This document shows positions 26,159 through 40,041 of a stretch of DNA of 64,000 nucleotides, in pieces. The notes beneath the pieces are model-generated. The model made no database searches. It was not told where the DNA came from and saw only the letters and a list, made by a program, of their open reading frames with translations. This DNA comes from Takakia lepidozioides. Lineage: Eukaryota > Plantae > Bryophyta. The translations under genes were made by a program, and so were the position numbers. Within the stretch, counting starts at the first letter, position 1. Each line of letters opens with the position of its first letter. The DNA is taken from contig CM060733.1 in the NCBI GenBank assembly GCA_030704615.1, positions 49,600,001 to 49,664,000 of the forward strand. The letters are read 5' to 3'.

Positions 26159-26665
26159 CAGTGTTGGACTGGTATATAGGTGAAGGACTGATATAAAGTA
26201 CTGGTATATGCACTGATATTAGATACCAGACCGGTCTGGTATCGTTTGGGAGAATACTTGGTCATATACCAGACCAGGCTGGTATCAGTTTTTTCATACC
26301 AGCCACAATACTAGTACTTCCCCGCAGTCTACCTCATTTACTCTGGTATGTGTACCATATTAATTTATGTGTACATTTGCCTATACAATTGTATTTATGT
26401 ATATTTACTTCTAAAGCCATCTTGAATTACAAGTTTATCAAATAGCAAATATCAAGTGAAAATAAATACAATACACATAAAGGATGATACCAGAGTTGAT
26501 ACCTCATACCAGCTGGTATTGTGGTCATGATACTCATACTCATACCAGTATTTGGATGAATATACATCCACCATTATATAGACCAGACTGGTATGAAAAA
26601 TTTGTGATACGCCTGGTACCAGGACCAGACTGGTATGTAAAAAACTTGATACCAGTCCAACCCTG
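26159..26665. mobile_element. hAT-type MITE, 507 bp
   Basis: TIRs CAG(T/G)GTTGGACTGGTAT; perfect 8-bp TSD GTACGGAC (26151-26158, 26666-26673); many internal CTGGTAT/ATACCAG motifs. Confidence 0.92.
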
Positions 26666-27030
26666 GTACGGACCGACCCCTTTTGGAGGGTACCCACAAG
26701 AAGAAAGGGTGGGAGGTCGCCCAAGGCTCCAAACATGGGACACATGGGTCCCTCAAAGGTGTCCCCATGGGACTTGAAGCATGGGACACATGGGTCCCTC
26801 AAAAGATGGGAACTGTAGGAATGAATGAGGGAAAGTTTTGGATGGGCAGAAAGAGGGTGCGGTGTGATGGATGAGTGCGTGACACACAGGGCAGGTTCCT
26901 TTGAGTGTCTCAGTCTGCAAGGAAGGCAGAGGAGGACTGGAGTTGATTTTGCAGGAGAGGATCCTTTGTGTGAGAGAAACTGCAATTCTTAGCTGTCTGT
27001 GGCAGAAGGGATCTAGAAAGAAGGGGAATT

Positions 27031-28192
27031 ATGATGTCGTCGGCACAGCTCCGTCTCATGTCAGATTTGAAGGCCATTCGGCAGGAGCCCCCTGAGGTTT
27101 GGAATCTGTGATTGATCGATTGATTGTTTTGGGCAGTCTCGTGTGATTCATGGGGTTTTGTGATCTGGGTTTTCTGCAGATGTTGGTGTCTGGATGGTGT
27201 GAGTAAGCACCGTGGATGTGGGGTGCTGGGTGGAGACCTGATGCTTTGAGGGATACTGGTGGACTGATACTGACTGGTGCTTCAGGGTTGCAGCGCAAGT
27301 CCTCATGGCGAGGAGAATCTGTTTGTCTGGGGAGCAACTGTCTTTGGTCCAGACGAAACTCCTTGGGAAGGTAATGTTTTGTGAAGTGTTCCTGCGACGA
27401 GAAGAAGGTTGTGTTATCAAATCTTTGGTTGCTGGTGGTTGTTTGATGTAATTTGCAGAGGCTGATGCGACTTCGTTGTCAACAGGTGGGATATTCTGTC
27501 TACGTCTGATTTTTGGGGAGTACTATCCAGAAAAGCCACCTCGCGTGCGGTTCACCTCTGATGTTTTCCATGCAAATGGTAAGATTTCAATCTTTCTTTC
27601 CGAAGGAATCATGTAACAGACGGAAAGTGTGCAAAAATCTGACGTGTGAGATGTGGAATTTGTGGCAACAATCAGTGTACAGTGATGGGACTCTGTGCAT
27701 GGACGTTCTTCAGGATAATTGGTCCCCTTGCCAAAACGTGTCGACGATTTTGACCTCGATACAGGTGAGTTATGCTGTCCTGCACGCATTTGCCCTAGTG
27801 GGTTTACCAGTCCTCGTTGGATGCTGTACAGTACGGGAGCTCCGGCTCAGCATACGTTATTTAATATGTAGCAGGATCCATTCATGTTGGTAATCTGATA
27901 CCCTTGTTTTGTATGTGATGCTGTTCTATCAGTCTCTGTTGACGGATCCGAATCCCGCAAGTCCAGCCAACCCTGAGGCTGCACAGTTATATCAGAGTGA
28001 CATCCAAGCCTACAACAGGTGAGGTCCTGTGAGCTTTGTTGATTGCTGGTACTACTAATTGAAGGTTGTGATGGATGTAAAAGGAAATTAGCCTGAGTAC
28101 GCCTAGGATGTGGGGTATCAATTGACATGTCTGAGTGCATGGACAGGAGGGTGCGGCAATGTGTGCGCAAGTCATTGGAGTGTGAATCATGA
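27031..28192 (+). CDS. Ubiquitin-conjugating enzyme E2, RAD6/UBC2-like, 6 exons, 154 aa
   Basis: Exons 27031-27096, 27286-27370, 27486-27578, 27676-27764, 27933-28018, 28147-28192, all GT-AG and in frame: MMSSAQLRLMSDLK..GPDETPWEGG..YPEKPPRVRF..FHANVYSDGTLCMD..W..SLLTDPNPASPANPEAA. Confidence 0.92.
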
Positions 28193-30763
28193 CATCCAGA
28201 AACCTCGACTAGTAGTCTGGGTATAACCTCAACCTGGGTCCATGCACTTGAAATGTTCATGTCTGAATTTTCCTGTGGCATAGAGCAGGCTGCTAGAGTT
28301 GCATGAAAAAGTAGGGTTGTGGTGTGTGTTCTTTGCTTGCCTCCCCTACTGCCTGAAGGTAGGGAGTCCACGTAGGTTTACTGGCCTTGCATAGGGCATG
28401 TGCACCAGTTGTATTTTTAGTTGTAGTCTTGTGTCTGAAGTCATTGTATGGACTTTGAATTGCTTGCGAACATGTTCAAAATAGGCTCGATGTTCTCATG
28501 CCAATTTCCAGAATGTCAAATTTCAGTTTGTGACTTCAACTCACTGGCTAGCTGGTTGCAAAGCTGTTTGACTATTTGTGATAACTGAATTTCCTTGGTG
28601 AGGTGTGGAAATTATCATCTGTAGTAGTTTATGACTGCTATTTATGCATACAAACCTTGAATGGCGAAAGTTCTTTCCAATGTTGGGTTTGAGCCTTGAT
28701 CAAGATTTGTTTGTGTAAAATATAAATTGTACACAGTTTTCCTGCCACTCCTTGAATTCACTGGCATGAAAGAGGAAAGAAGCTTCACTGGCAGATCTCC
28801 TTGCCTGCTTTCTCAGCCAAGTTTGTCTCCCCTTTTCATTGTGTACAAGGGACCTGGCGTCCAAGATGTCTGCAAGTGAGCTCGGAAGGTTATTTCCGTG
28901 ATTCCTCTTCAGAGAACATTTCAGTAGTATGCGTCGGTAAGTTCTTGGTATTGTCAGTCTTCGGTGGGCATGTGGGTGAAATGATCTCTTCAGCATGTGC
29001 AACCGTAATGTTGTCTCTGGATGTGTTTCACATGGGACTCCACTATTTACTTTGTGATTAGGGCTTGAGCACCTCAGTTCCATTTGAAGTATAAGAGGGG
29101 AACGGGATACCTAAAGGACTGAATGTAAGTGATAACAGTGCAGGACCCAAGTTTGAGGGTGTTGTATGTTCCAATTGTGTCATCTGCATGTCCTGCTTGA
29201 CTGTTTTGCTGTTTTTCTTTTATTTGCGGTGTAGACACTGGGCTGTGAATTGTTGCCCAAGTGTATCTCATGCGGCGTCGTTAATTGTCAGAAGTGGATG
29301 TTGAAATGAGTGTTCTTGAAAGGTATGTGAATTATTCATTTGGCCCTTTACGTAGTGGTGTCCAAGACGAACTCAGAACTAACACTTGATGTTGATGTAT
29401 TCTAGTACTGATGGGATGTATCGAAACTTCAACGCGTTCATGATGAGATATGGGCAAAGGCCTGCACATTTTTCAAGTTTGAAATCGTACAAGGATTGGT
29501 CCCCAAAATTTCTGTAAAGTATGCTTTCTTTTGGCAGCAGTTTGTTGGTACTATTGAAATCAAGAGGTTGTCCCCAGCTACATATTGTTGAAGCTGCAAG
29601 GCAACATCTGTTTTCGATTTCCCACCTGTGGTGCTCCAATGACTGATGATTCAGTACTGTGAACTTCAATGCACAATGTTCAAGTGCAGGCTTGGATGCA
29701 CCACATGCTGTTATGCAGAACATGAAGCTCTTTTGTAATCCGGTGCCACACGAAATCTGACCAATGCAAGTATTTGTTTGATAATGAATTCACTTTGTTA
29801 GGTGCCTCCTGCAATAGCTCCTGCAGCTCACATAGGCTCCAACATTCCCACTCTGGAAGGATTTCATCTGAAAGCCAAAATTCACATACTGGATAGGCAC
29901 TCAAAAAATTCTTTCCACTCACTGATCTGCCAACAGCTGCAGTATCTACAAAGTCTATTGGAGGTTCCATGAGTCCCCCTCCACATGACACAGTCTAGCA
30001 ACAACGATTTGCTGTTGCTTTCTGCTCACATCCGCCATAACTTCTTGTTGCAGCTCATGACGCCCCAACAGTGTTGTTCTGACGTGCCATGCTTGTGCAT
30101 TTAGGATGCGATTCCATGGCCGCAACGTTCGTGCACACGATGCTCTTGCTTCTGAATTGGAATTTCCATCTGTGCCCTCTCACTACATGCCATGGGGTCC
30201 ATGCCCATGCCTCTCTTGCTTTGCAACAAGCTAACTAGGTAATTTAGGCCCCACGAAAAGTGAGATACCTGCTTACGTATACCTTCTTGCAGCACACTGT
30301 TTTGGAGTTACCCAAGTGGAGAAGAAGGGCTTGCATATCATTGAGCATGGGGCCAGCTCCTGCCACTCTTGCCACCTTGCATGCTGCTTACTTGTCTCCC
30401 GCGAGGCCCGATCTCTGCACTCCCACCAAACCATCCTTTGCTTGGATGAACCCTGTCCCACTCCGGGATCTGATTCCTGTAGGTAGAAACAGGATCCTCA
30501 CGAAGGAATGGCCACGCGGCTCGGGCCATGGCCAGTGCACACAGGGCGCGTGGCTGAAGAGCTGGGCGCGGGGAAGCTTCGGCTTTTTCTCGAAGAAAGT
30601 TTTTTCTTGTCTTGGATGTCGGCCGCTCATCTGCAATCCACCGCCCACGTTTGTTGCCGCTTCGAGCTCCTTTTTCTGCATTTGGGTGCTTCAGTCTTTA
30701 TATAATCATCACTTCGTTTTGTCTCGGTCCTCGCTGCGTGCTACAGCTATTGTATTCGTCTGT

Positions 30764-30803
30764 TGAGAGAGAGCGAACGAGAGAGAGAGAGAGAGAGAGA
30801 GAG
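30764..30803. repeat. (GA)n microsatellite in the CYSTM 5' leader
   Basis: Interrupted GA run. Confidence 0.85.
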
Positions 30804-30853
30804 TTGGGTGTGTTTGTGTGTGTAAGAGACATCAGCCGTGCTTGCTGCTAATC

Positions 30854-31472
30854 ATGGACCAACAGAAGGGATACGGTTACCCTCCTCAAGGATACCCACC
30901 TCAGGGGTACCCTCCCCAGCAGCCTTATGGCTACCCTCCTCAAGGTGTGTTGATCAATCGTATGTTTTGTCGATCCTCTGCCCTCCGGTTAGACACTTGT
31001 TTTTGTGGAGTTCTGCTGATTGTAACTTCATCTGCAGGCCTGCTCGGACATGTGTTTGAATTGGGTAACAGATGTTATGGTGCAATATTTGTTTGACAGG
31101 TTATCCACCTCAACCGCAGGGTTATTATCATCAAGCGCCACCAGTTATGCCTCCCCCTGCTTACCTGCCGCAACAGCCCACAAGAGGCGGTGGCGGTTTT
31201 CTTGAAGGATGGTATGTTTGCTCTTCTCGTGTCCTAGGTCTTCGCCTCCTTGAGACGTTTGATATGGTGTAATTTGGCTCGCATGGTGTCATATGTGTTT
31301 GGTCATGCGTTGGCAAGTGCCCATAGGAGATTATAGAGACGTCATTTGTACGCAGAAGTTGTCAGCTTCTGATGATTTGATGATTGTCTTGATCATGTGC
31401 AGCCTGGCTGCCCTGTGCTGTTGCTGTTTACTGGACGACTGTTGCTGCGACCCAACAATTTTTATTAATTGA
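30854..31472 (+). CDS. CYSTM (cysteine-rich transmembrane module) peptide, 3 exons, 90 aa
   Basis: Exons 30854-30944, 31100-31211, 31403-31472: (GYPPQ)n repeats, GFLEGC|LAALCCCCLLDDCCCDPTIFIN*. Confidence 0.93.
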
Positions 31473-34400
31473 TGTGGTATAACCCTGCCTGAAGATCTTC
31501 GGACATTATCCGCTGTTAGCTCGACACTCCACGGGACACTCTCGAATAACGTACTCATTCAGTTCGGTGAGGGTTTTGTCAATGTAGAACGAACTGAAGA
31601 TGGACAATGTTACTGTGTAGTCATGTCTAGTTCTATTTGGTGATTGAAGCAGGTGGATAGTAGCAGTAGTTTTTGCAGTAGTTTGACTGCCAATTCTTTG
31701 AAAGCAGTTATTGCCATCCTTGGTCTGGAGTTTGTGGAGATTGTAAATACTGGAGTTTCAATGGAATTGAACTTCTAAAGCAGGGTTGTGCAGTAATTAG
31801 AGTGGTCCTGAAATGTGTGCACAAGTATAAGACAAATTTGTCAGTTAAAAGATAAAAAACTTTCCTCTCTTAGCCCTTTCTCTGAGCATATTACAATCTT
31901 CATGAGTATTCCCTTTGGAGTTGATTTTGGAAAGATAAATTTTTGGACAGTATCCCCCTAGACTTCGGACACAAGATGGGATTATGTATGAATGTGCCAT
32001 GTTCTTGAATCATCCATTTGTATATCCTTCATATTCTTTGTGGTTCATATCATGGAAGTTATGCAAGTCTTAGGGAATTAGTTCGGTGTCGTGGAGTTGT
32101 CATTTCATCCACATTGATTGTAACATGTTTCCCAAGCAATGCATTCTTCTCGCGCCAGCGTTTGTATTCGGCATTATGTTGCCCCACCCCCATTCTTGCA
32201 GCCTTGCACAGAAGCACAACAATTGCTGATGGGAGTTACCTTGGAGTGAACTTTGGTGACAAGCCTGCAAGATGTGCAATGTACCTGTTCGTAGTAAGCA
32301 GCATGTTGTGCATGCCTTGTAACTTGCCTATGACAATCTCCAAGTTGGGGGCTTTGTTGCAAAGCTTTTACTGCCTGTGGCTGTACATACTACTAGACCC
32401 CGGATGTTGGAGGATAGTACTTCAAAACTTACATCATTTGCCCTATAGGTTTCTGCCCTCTCATGACTGAGTTTGTGTCAGTGTTCACGCCAGCGATACT
32501 ACTACAAGATTCACAATATTCAGAAGTGGGCCAATCTCAATTACTATGGCATATAAACACTTTTATATGCCTAGAGAGTGGAGCTAGAAACCATCATGCT
32601 GTTCACAGACTCACCCTTTGGCTTGCCATAGTTCAAAGACCATTGACCCCTAGAGAAAGCGAATGTACTCATAAGATGTTTGCCGTAGTCCCAAGAGAGG
32701 GAGAGAGAGAGACAGAGAGGTGGGGGGGTGGGGGGAGAGAGATTCAAGTAGAAGTTAGTGTCAGTAAGTGCCACTTCCCCTTGTGAGTAGGGCCTCCTGT
32801 GGGGGTAGGTTATTATGAGGCCCTTCACAAAGTTGAACTGCAACTACAAGAGTCCTTTTAAACCAACCGAATTGAAACTGTGGCGAAAGGAGAGAGAAAA
32901 GGAATCAATGTGGTAACATCCAGTGTTGGTCTGGTATCTTGAATTGGAAATACCATAAGGGTCCTGGTATGCCGTGCTGAATTTTTTTAAGGCAGGTAGG
33001 TTTTCCAATAATGCAGCCCCTGATTTTTTAAAGTATGAATCTGGTATGCATAGAGGCCTCTCATTTTAAGATAATAGGGTCTGCAATGGGCACGTGCGAT
33101 GTGCCCGGCTCCCCCTTCCCCCGCCCACGCCCCCGTCCGTTGCGCGGCCAGTCCCCCGCCCATGAGTCCGTTGCCCTCCAGTCTGCCAGTCGGCCAGTCC
33201 CCCGCCCATGAGTCCGCTGCCCAGCAGTCTGCCAGTCCGCCGGTCTGCCCGCCAGTCCGCTGACGGCGCAGGATCTCCACCGTCCATTCCCATAACCCAT
33301 CCGAGCCCTCCATTTTTAGGGCTGCGAAACTGGCAATGATCTTGCTACCAAATCCCGGCCGCTCTCTTTTGACGGCTGTTTGTTGTCCGATGTTGCGGTA
33401 GGCGTTTCCATGCACGCGACTGTTCCTCTTTTGCGCGCGATGTTCATGATGATGATGAAGCGTGTGCTTGAACATGAGAGGACTGTCTCGGCACTACAGC
33501 CACCATCGTGCATATGCTTCCACTATTTTTGCCTTCTTGTTGTGCTTTCGGGAACCTTCATTTTATGGTTTGGTTATATGTCATAAATATGGAAAATGCA
33601 GACATCTGTCGTCGATAACGTCTTCTGCTTGTGATCCATCATGATACGTTTAGCCCCTTCGTACTGCATCCCTCATGAGAGCCTTCACAAGTTTAGTTCG
33701 TTAAAGGAACCCATGGGTAACATGGGCGCGGAAATGGCAGAAGCGTATGCACATGGGGGCGTGTACTGCAGATTTCGTATCGGACGATGGGGACTGTTTA
33801 TGTGACCAAGTATAGCGGCTTGCATCCATCGTGCATAAGTTGTGGAAAAGGGTGGTGAATATGGAGAAACCCAACTTTGTGATGGATCCACATGGTATTA
33901 TATAAGGGATGGCAGCACAAAAAAGCAATTCGAGTCGTCACGGAACACCATCCAGTCCTAAGGTCCTCAAACATCCACACGCATTTGCTGAATGCAGATG
34001 TTTGAGCCACGACGGGAATAGGTGCAGAATCGGTACATTGTCGCATTTGCCAGGAGACGGACCAGGCTGAGACAATTGCATTTGCAAATGCGCGTGGATG
34101 TTTGAGGTCCGTTGTGTCGCGAGTCTGTTCACAGTGGGTCCGCTGGCCCGTCAGTGCTCCGGATATTCCCCTTATCGCGTGCATAACAGTTAGTTTGGAG
34201 GCGGTCTGCTGGAAGTCCGTCTGTTGGGATATCAGTTTGTCGCACTTGTGAATTTATCAGTCTGTTGTGTCGGAAGTCTGTTGCACTAAGTCTATTCGAC
34301 TTCTTATTTTCCCTCCGGTCAGTCTTTTGGCTTGTTCTCCCGCCAGTCTGGCGAAACGTCCGTCTGCTGGACAGTTCTCCTCTATGGATATCAGTCTGTT

Positions 34401-37400
34401 GGACTATGTATGCATCAGTCTGTTGTGCCGCGAGTCTGTTCGCAATGGGTGTGTTCGACTTTCCTGTTCTCCCCTTACTCTCTTTTGTCTTCATTCCGCC
34501 CACTTCTTTGCAAACCAGTCTGCTGAACTGGAGGCGTGCTCGACAATCATTCCCCGATGGATATCAGTCTGTTCGCCTGGTACTTTGTCAGTCTGTTCTG
34601 CTGCCAGTCTCTTTGCAGTGTGTCCGTTGGCAGGGAAGTGCCTCCAATATGAAGCCGCTTCGCCTAAGAAAAGCGAGCAGTCCGGTGGACTGGCGGTCCG
34701 GTGGGCTCTCAGCCCGATGGGAAATGAGTTTACTGCACGTGCAAGGACCGTGGATGAATCTAGTACGATGCGTTCGTTTGGTGGACGTATTCAATGCGAT
34801 GACGGCGGATAGTTGGCGCCTGTGAAATCGCGCCACGTTGGCAGTGCCATGCCCGCTTTCCCCCTTCTACTTCTACTTTCTTCTCATGTTCCATGTGCGA
34901 TCGATTCCATTCTCTTCGCGCCTGTTTCTTCGTACTGTTTCGTTTTCATCTTTGCGTTTCCATCACCGTAACGAAAGACGGCCGTTCTTCCCCAGGGGTG
35001 GAGAGTCGCGGTGAGCCGCGAAGCGTCGCAAACACGCTCGCCTTCGTAACAACTCGAAGTTCATCGGCTCGGTGAGGTTCTCACTTGCTACGGTGTTTCC
35101 ATTCCATTCTGTGTCCTCTTCTTGCTTAGGGTGAGTCTTTTCATAGGACTTTTGTCTGTCACTCATTGTCCTTGCACCCTCGTTTCATTCTGCAGCGATG
35201 GAGGATGCTTGAGAAAAGGGTGGAGCGGACTGGGTGGATTTTGTGCACCAAACCAGACTGAAGAAGGAGCAAAGGTACTGGTACTCACCAGAGGAGTTTG
35301 ATCATAAAATAGTGGAAGCATTTGTAGACCTCCGCGCCCGGAAGCCCAAAAACTCGAATTGGCAGAAGGACAAGCTCTTCTGTCCCTTCTGTGAAGAGGT
35401 TATCAAGGACAAAATCCAACTAAATCGGCATTGTGTTGACACGGGTTGCAAGGAGACTGCTGCAACGATTCCACGGGATTTCAAGCCTTGGCCGATACTG
35501 AAAGAAATGTCGATTGCCAAAGAGGCCACAATGCGCATGCGCGGATCAGTGCTTGACCCCCGCACTTTGGAATTAGACGAAGTGCGCGCACGGTATGGCG
35601 TCTATTCTGGTGGCCCGTCAATGGAGGATTTGCAAGTGCACGGAACGCCGGACGCTGCCAGAAAACGTAAACTGAGTGATGGGGCCCAAAAAAAGGAGAG
35701 GCAAAAAAAGGAGAAAGCTGCAAGGTCTGCTCGCAAGGCAAGGGCAAAATCCACGCAGCAGACTGAACCCCGTCTTGGGCGGCAGACCCACACCATCAGT
35801 ACTGATACTGAAAGTGAATCTGTTCAGGGCTGGCAAACCATTATCCGGAATGATGACTTCGAAGGCCTGGTGACAAGTCCAGTGGACATTGACTTGCCTG
35901 ACCAGACTGGGCAGCAGACTCACACAAATATCGCGACCCATGCCAGAGGTTTAGGGTCAAAACCAAAAACTCAACAGAGCATTGAAGGGCCAGTTTGCCC
36001 TGGCACATTGCGCCTCGTTGACTTTGGGCTTTTCCCACCAGAGTGCCCACCAATTGGGGATCCAGACTTCTTCCGTTATTTCTACAGAGTTGCCCAGTCA
36101 GGTCTACCACGCACATTCATCCGACAGGCGGAACAGAACTGGTTGAACAGCTTTGAAGATGAAGATGACAATAAAGAAGTAGAGGAGGTAATGGTCAGTC
36201 TAACCGCCCAGTCTGTTCTCTGTGTTGCTTGAGTCCATCATGGGGGTCACGTTGCCTATTCAGTCTGGTCAGTCCACTATGTTCTTTCCTCAGTCCGCTG
36301 GCTCACTCCGCTCGTCAGTTAGTCTGTTTTATATCACTGCATTACTTACTGAGTCCGTTTGTCAGTCCGCTGGTCCAATCCACTGGTACAGTCTACTAGT
36401 TGCCTCCACCCTACGTACGCACGTTACGTCTATCAGTCTGCTGGTCTATGAGTCCAGTCTGTTGCATGAGGTGAATATAGAGTCCACGTCCATGTTCCTG
36501 ACGTCCAAGTTCTCTGCCGTGTACCAGGATGAACGTGTTTCCATTCGTAGGGCCATTCAGGCTTGGCGGATACCTAGCAATGATGCTCATTTACAAGCGA
36601 CTGCGGTGCGTGCGGAAGTGGACCGCGTGCGGGAGTACAGATTATTGAAGTATCCTGGGTCATCTGCTGCTATAGCGGCATTACATATTCAAGACACATC
36701 GGGGGGGAATGACTCTGGGATAGCCGAGTCTGCCATCCAGCAGACTCCCATTCAGCAGCCTATCATTCAGCAGACTCCAACAAAGCAGACTCCCAACGAG
36801 CAGCCCGTCATCCTACAGACTCCTCTCCAGGAGCCCATCATGCAGCCTATGCCAATGGAAAGTCCTGTCATCCAACAGACTGCGGACCAGCAGACTGCCT
36901 TTCTCTCACATAGCACGGCGCATTTTGCAGTTTGATGATCGCCATCACCGGTAATTCGACCCGGAGCTGAAGACCTCACACTTCCTCGGCTTAGGGTGGG
37001 AGAAATTAATCCCCATTTGGATTGGCATAATGAGCTCCACCGAATTGTTGCGGACCGCCGGTGGTCATTTGTACCCTTTCATTATTCCATGGAGTTTTCT
37101 ATTGAGGAAGCCAACCATGTTCTGGAAGCCGCCTCTGCTGTTGCCATTGAAGCCACAACTGTCCAAAATGCGTCGCCTCTACTTGTGCAGCTGATTCTCA
37201 TGGATGACCCACGGCCTGAAGACCTCAGACATATGCCTATGGCACATCCAACCTTTGGGGTGCGAAGAAAGCACTTGTTTGGATTGACTGAGGAGGACTT
37301 TGAGCGCATGGCAGCTTCTTTCCCACAACACAGATGGATGCAATTTGGCAATTTCCGCTCGTACAACAAGTTCATGAAGGATCTACATAGTTTGAGGATG

Positions 37401-40041
37401 GACTTACTCCAAGGAACAGACCATTCACAGAAGTTTGTGGTGGATGACGCATTGCAGTGGTTTGCATTGGTGATGGAGCGAGCAGTATTCGTCATTGTTT
37501 TGCAGAATCCCAATGTCTTCAAACTCCTGTGGTGTGGGACCCCAACTAAAGACCGCATCGGCGCCATAGCTCATCTCGATGGAGCATGCCGGTGCCGACA
37601 AATCAAGGACATTGGACTCGTCGGAAATCTCTTGGAAGGTAAAATGTTCTGGGCAACTTTCGTGTTTCAGCTCTATTTCTTTTGTCAACTTTTTTAGAAG
37701 TTCACATTTGCAGAAACATGTGTTGCAGGGCGAATTGATCTGGGAGACAAGCAAGTGCAGGCTGCTTTCGACTCTTTTGCCAGAGGTGCAAGGGACCTTG
37801 TCCTAGCTTTACAAGGAGTTCGGGAGACTGTCCAGCAGACTGGCCACGAGAATGTCCAACAACATATTCCCCACGACACATGTGGGCAGACTGCCCAAGT
37901 GGTGGAGACTGAGTATGTGCACCAGACTGTCCCGGGTAATAGGCCGGACCACTCCCAACAGACTGCCCCGCACACACATACTCACTATGTGCAAACAGTA
38001 CTGAGCGGGCAGCGAACTTTGCAGACTTTGCAGCAGACCGGAGAGCAGACCGGCCAACAGACTGCCCCTCAGCCGACTGTGCAGCAGACTAGCGAACATG
38101 GCCAGCAGATTGTCCCGCAGCAGACTGTGCAGCAGACCGACGAATCCAGCCAGCAGATTGCCCCTCAGCAGACTGTGCAGCACACTGACGAACCCACTCA
38201 GCAGATGGCCGAGCAGACTATCCAGGAGACTAACAACCAGTCTGTTCCCTGGATTGTGCAACAGACTCGGATGCACTGGCCTCACCGGGACCCTGTGGAC
38301 GAATTTGTGCTGAGTTCCCATCAACATGTTTTTGGATCTGCCCGTATGAGTATTTTGACCGAGTCCACTTTTCCCCCAGGCACATTCACTGACGACGTCA
38401 TCAGGTCACCGGTAAAGCATTCTTATCCAGCTCCCCGTGGCGTGCCTTCTATGACCTTCCAGCTAAGTCTCGTTTTCGTGCGCTCAGTGGCGAAAGCCAT
38501 AGATGAGTCTTAGGTGATGACCAAACTCAATCTGGGAACGCAAAACCGTATCATAGATCTTACAGAAGAGTTTGAGGAAGCAATTTCCGGTGGGTCTTCA
38601 ATACATGTTCTTGATATTTCCCAAGTCCATAGAGATCCGAACACCCAGCCGGCTGTCCACCAGACTAACCAGCACACTGAACAGTCGACACATGGAAGGA
38701 CTGCCGAGCAACTTGTGGCGGGGCAGCAGACTATCTTCATTGATGAGCAGACTGAATCGCAGACTAACCAGCAGACTGCACAGGTCACAGAGGGAAGGAC
38801 TGACCATGATGGCTCAGAGCGGCAGACTGCACAGCTCAGCTCTGACTGCACAGTTCAGACTGCACGGCCTGACCAACACACTGCACACTTCACAGAGGGA
38901 AGGACTGACCACCAACCTGCCACCGAGCACACTGCCCACATTGAGGAAGAGACTGAACCGCAGAGTTGCCAGCAGACTGCACAGTTCACAGACGAAAAGA
39001 CTGACGAAGAACCGGCGGCCGAGCAGACTGCCCACATTGAGCAACAGACTGAACATGCTGGCAAGCACACTGACGAGGAACCACATGCGGCGCAGACACC
39101 GTCTGGTATAGCGCTGGATTACATGGAGTATGCTCCCTCACCCCTTGGGCAGGTTGTGCCATTTCCTCTTTCAGCACTGTTGTTTATGTTTTAGCACATT
39201 GTGAAATTGGGCTAATTCGCCATTTTGCTCGGTATCCTCACAGGATGTTCGTCCCTCCGTCGGCAGACTGCCTACTTCAGAGGACATGACATCTTCCGCC
39301 CATGCCGCAAATGTGGGATCGACAACCAAGAAAGGTGTGGGGGTGAGCACGCCCCCCGATGCGCGGGTCAGTTCTACACATGCGACCCACAAAGCTGCAA
39401 AGACAGGTCCAGCAAGTGTAAACAAACCTGCTGACCAGCCTCTGTTGCGAAGTAGGGCGGTAGTGCTGCGTTTGTCTGCTCTATCCAGCCCGCCTACAGC
39501 TGTCCATGCTTCCCAGGGGAGAGGCAAAGCCAAGAAGCGGACTGTCGTGGACCATGCTGAGGAGGTCGAGGAGGGTCCGAGCACCAAGAGACCGGCGAAG
39601 AAAAAGTCTGGCGTCTTTATAAACAAGAACCGCAAGCTGGCCTTGGACATAGACAAAGATGTGGGTCGTTTCCTGGAGCAACACAGGTGAGTACTGTGCT
39701 CAGTCTCCTCATTTGTCTTTGTCATTAAGTACTTTGCGATCTGTTGTGGTCAGTCTGCTGCTGGTTGTCATCATTGTTTGTTGTGGTTAGTCTTGTCAGT
39801 CTGCTGATGAACTATTCAGCCTGTACAGTGTTTGGTACCAAGTTGACATCAGTCTGTTCAGTACATGAGGCTTCCCGAAGGATGGTCTGCTCTATGCAGG
39901 ATGGGTGCTCGGTTTGGCAAAGCACGTCAAGGCGGGTAATTCTATGCTGATGTTTTTTGAAGGGGACCCACGGTTTGAATGCGGACTGTCGCCCGATGAC
40001 ATAAAGGCACTCCAGAAGGTTGAGTCGGAGTGCACAGATAG

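Noticed and set aside
29680-30300. Possible highly decayed PPR or other gene on the minus strand
   Set aside because: Too degenerate to support
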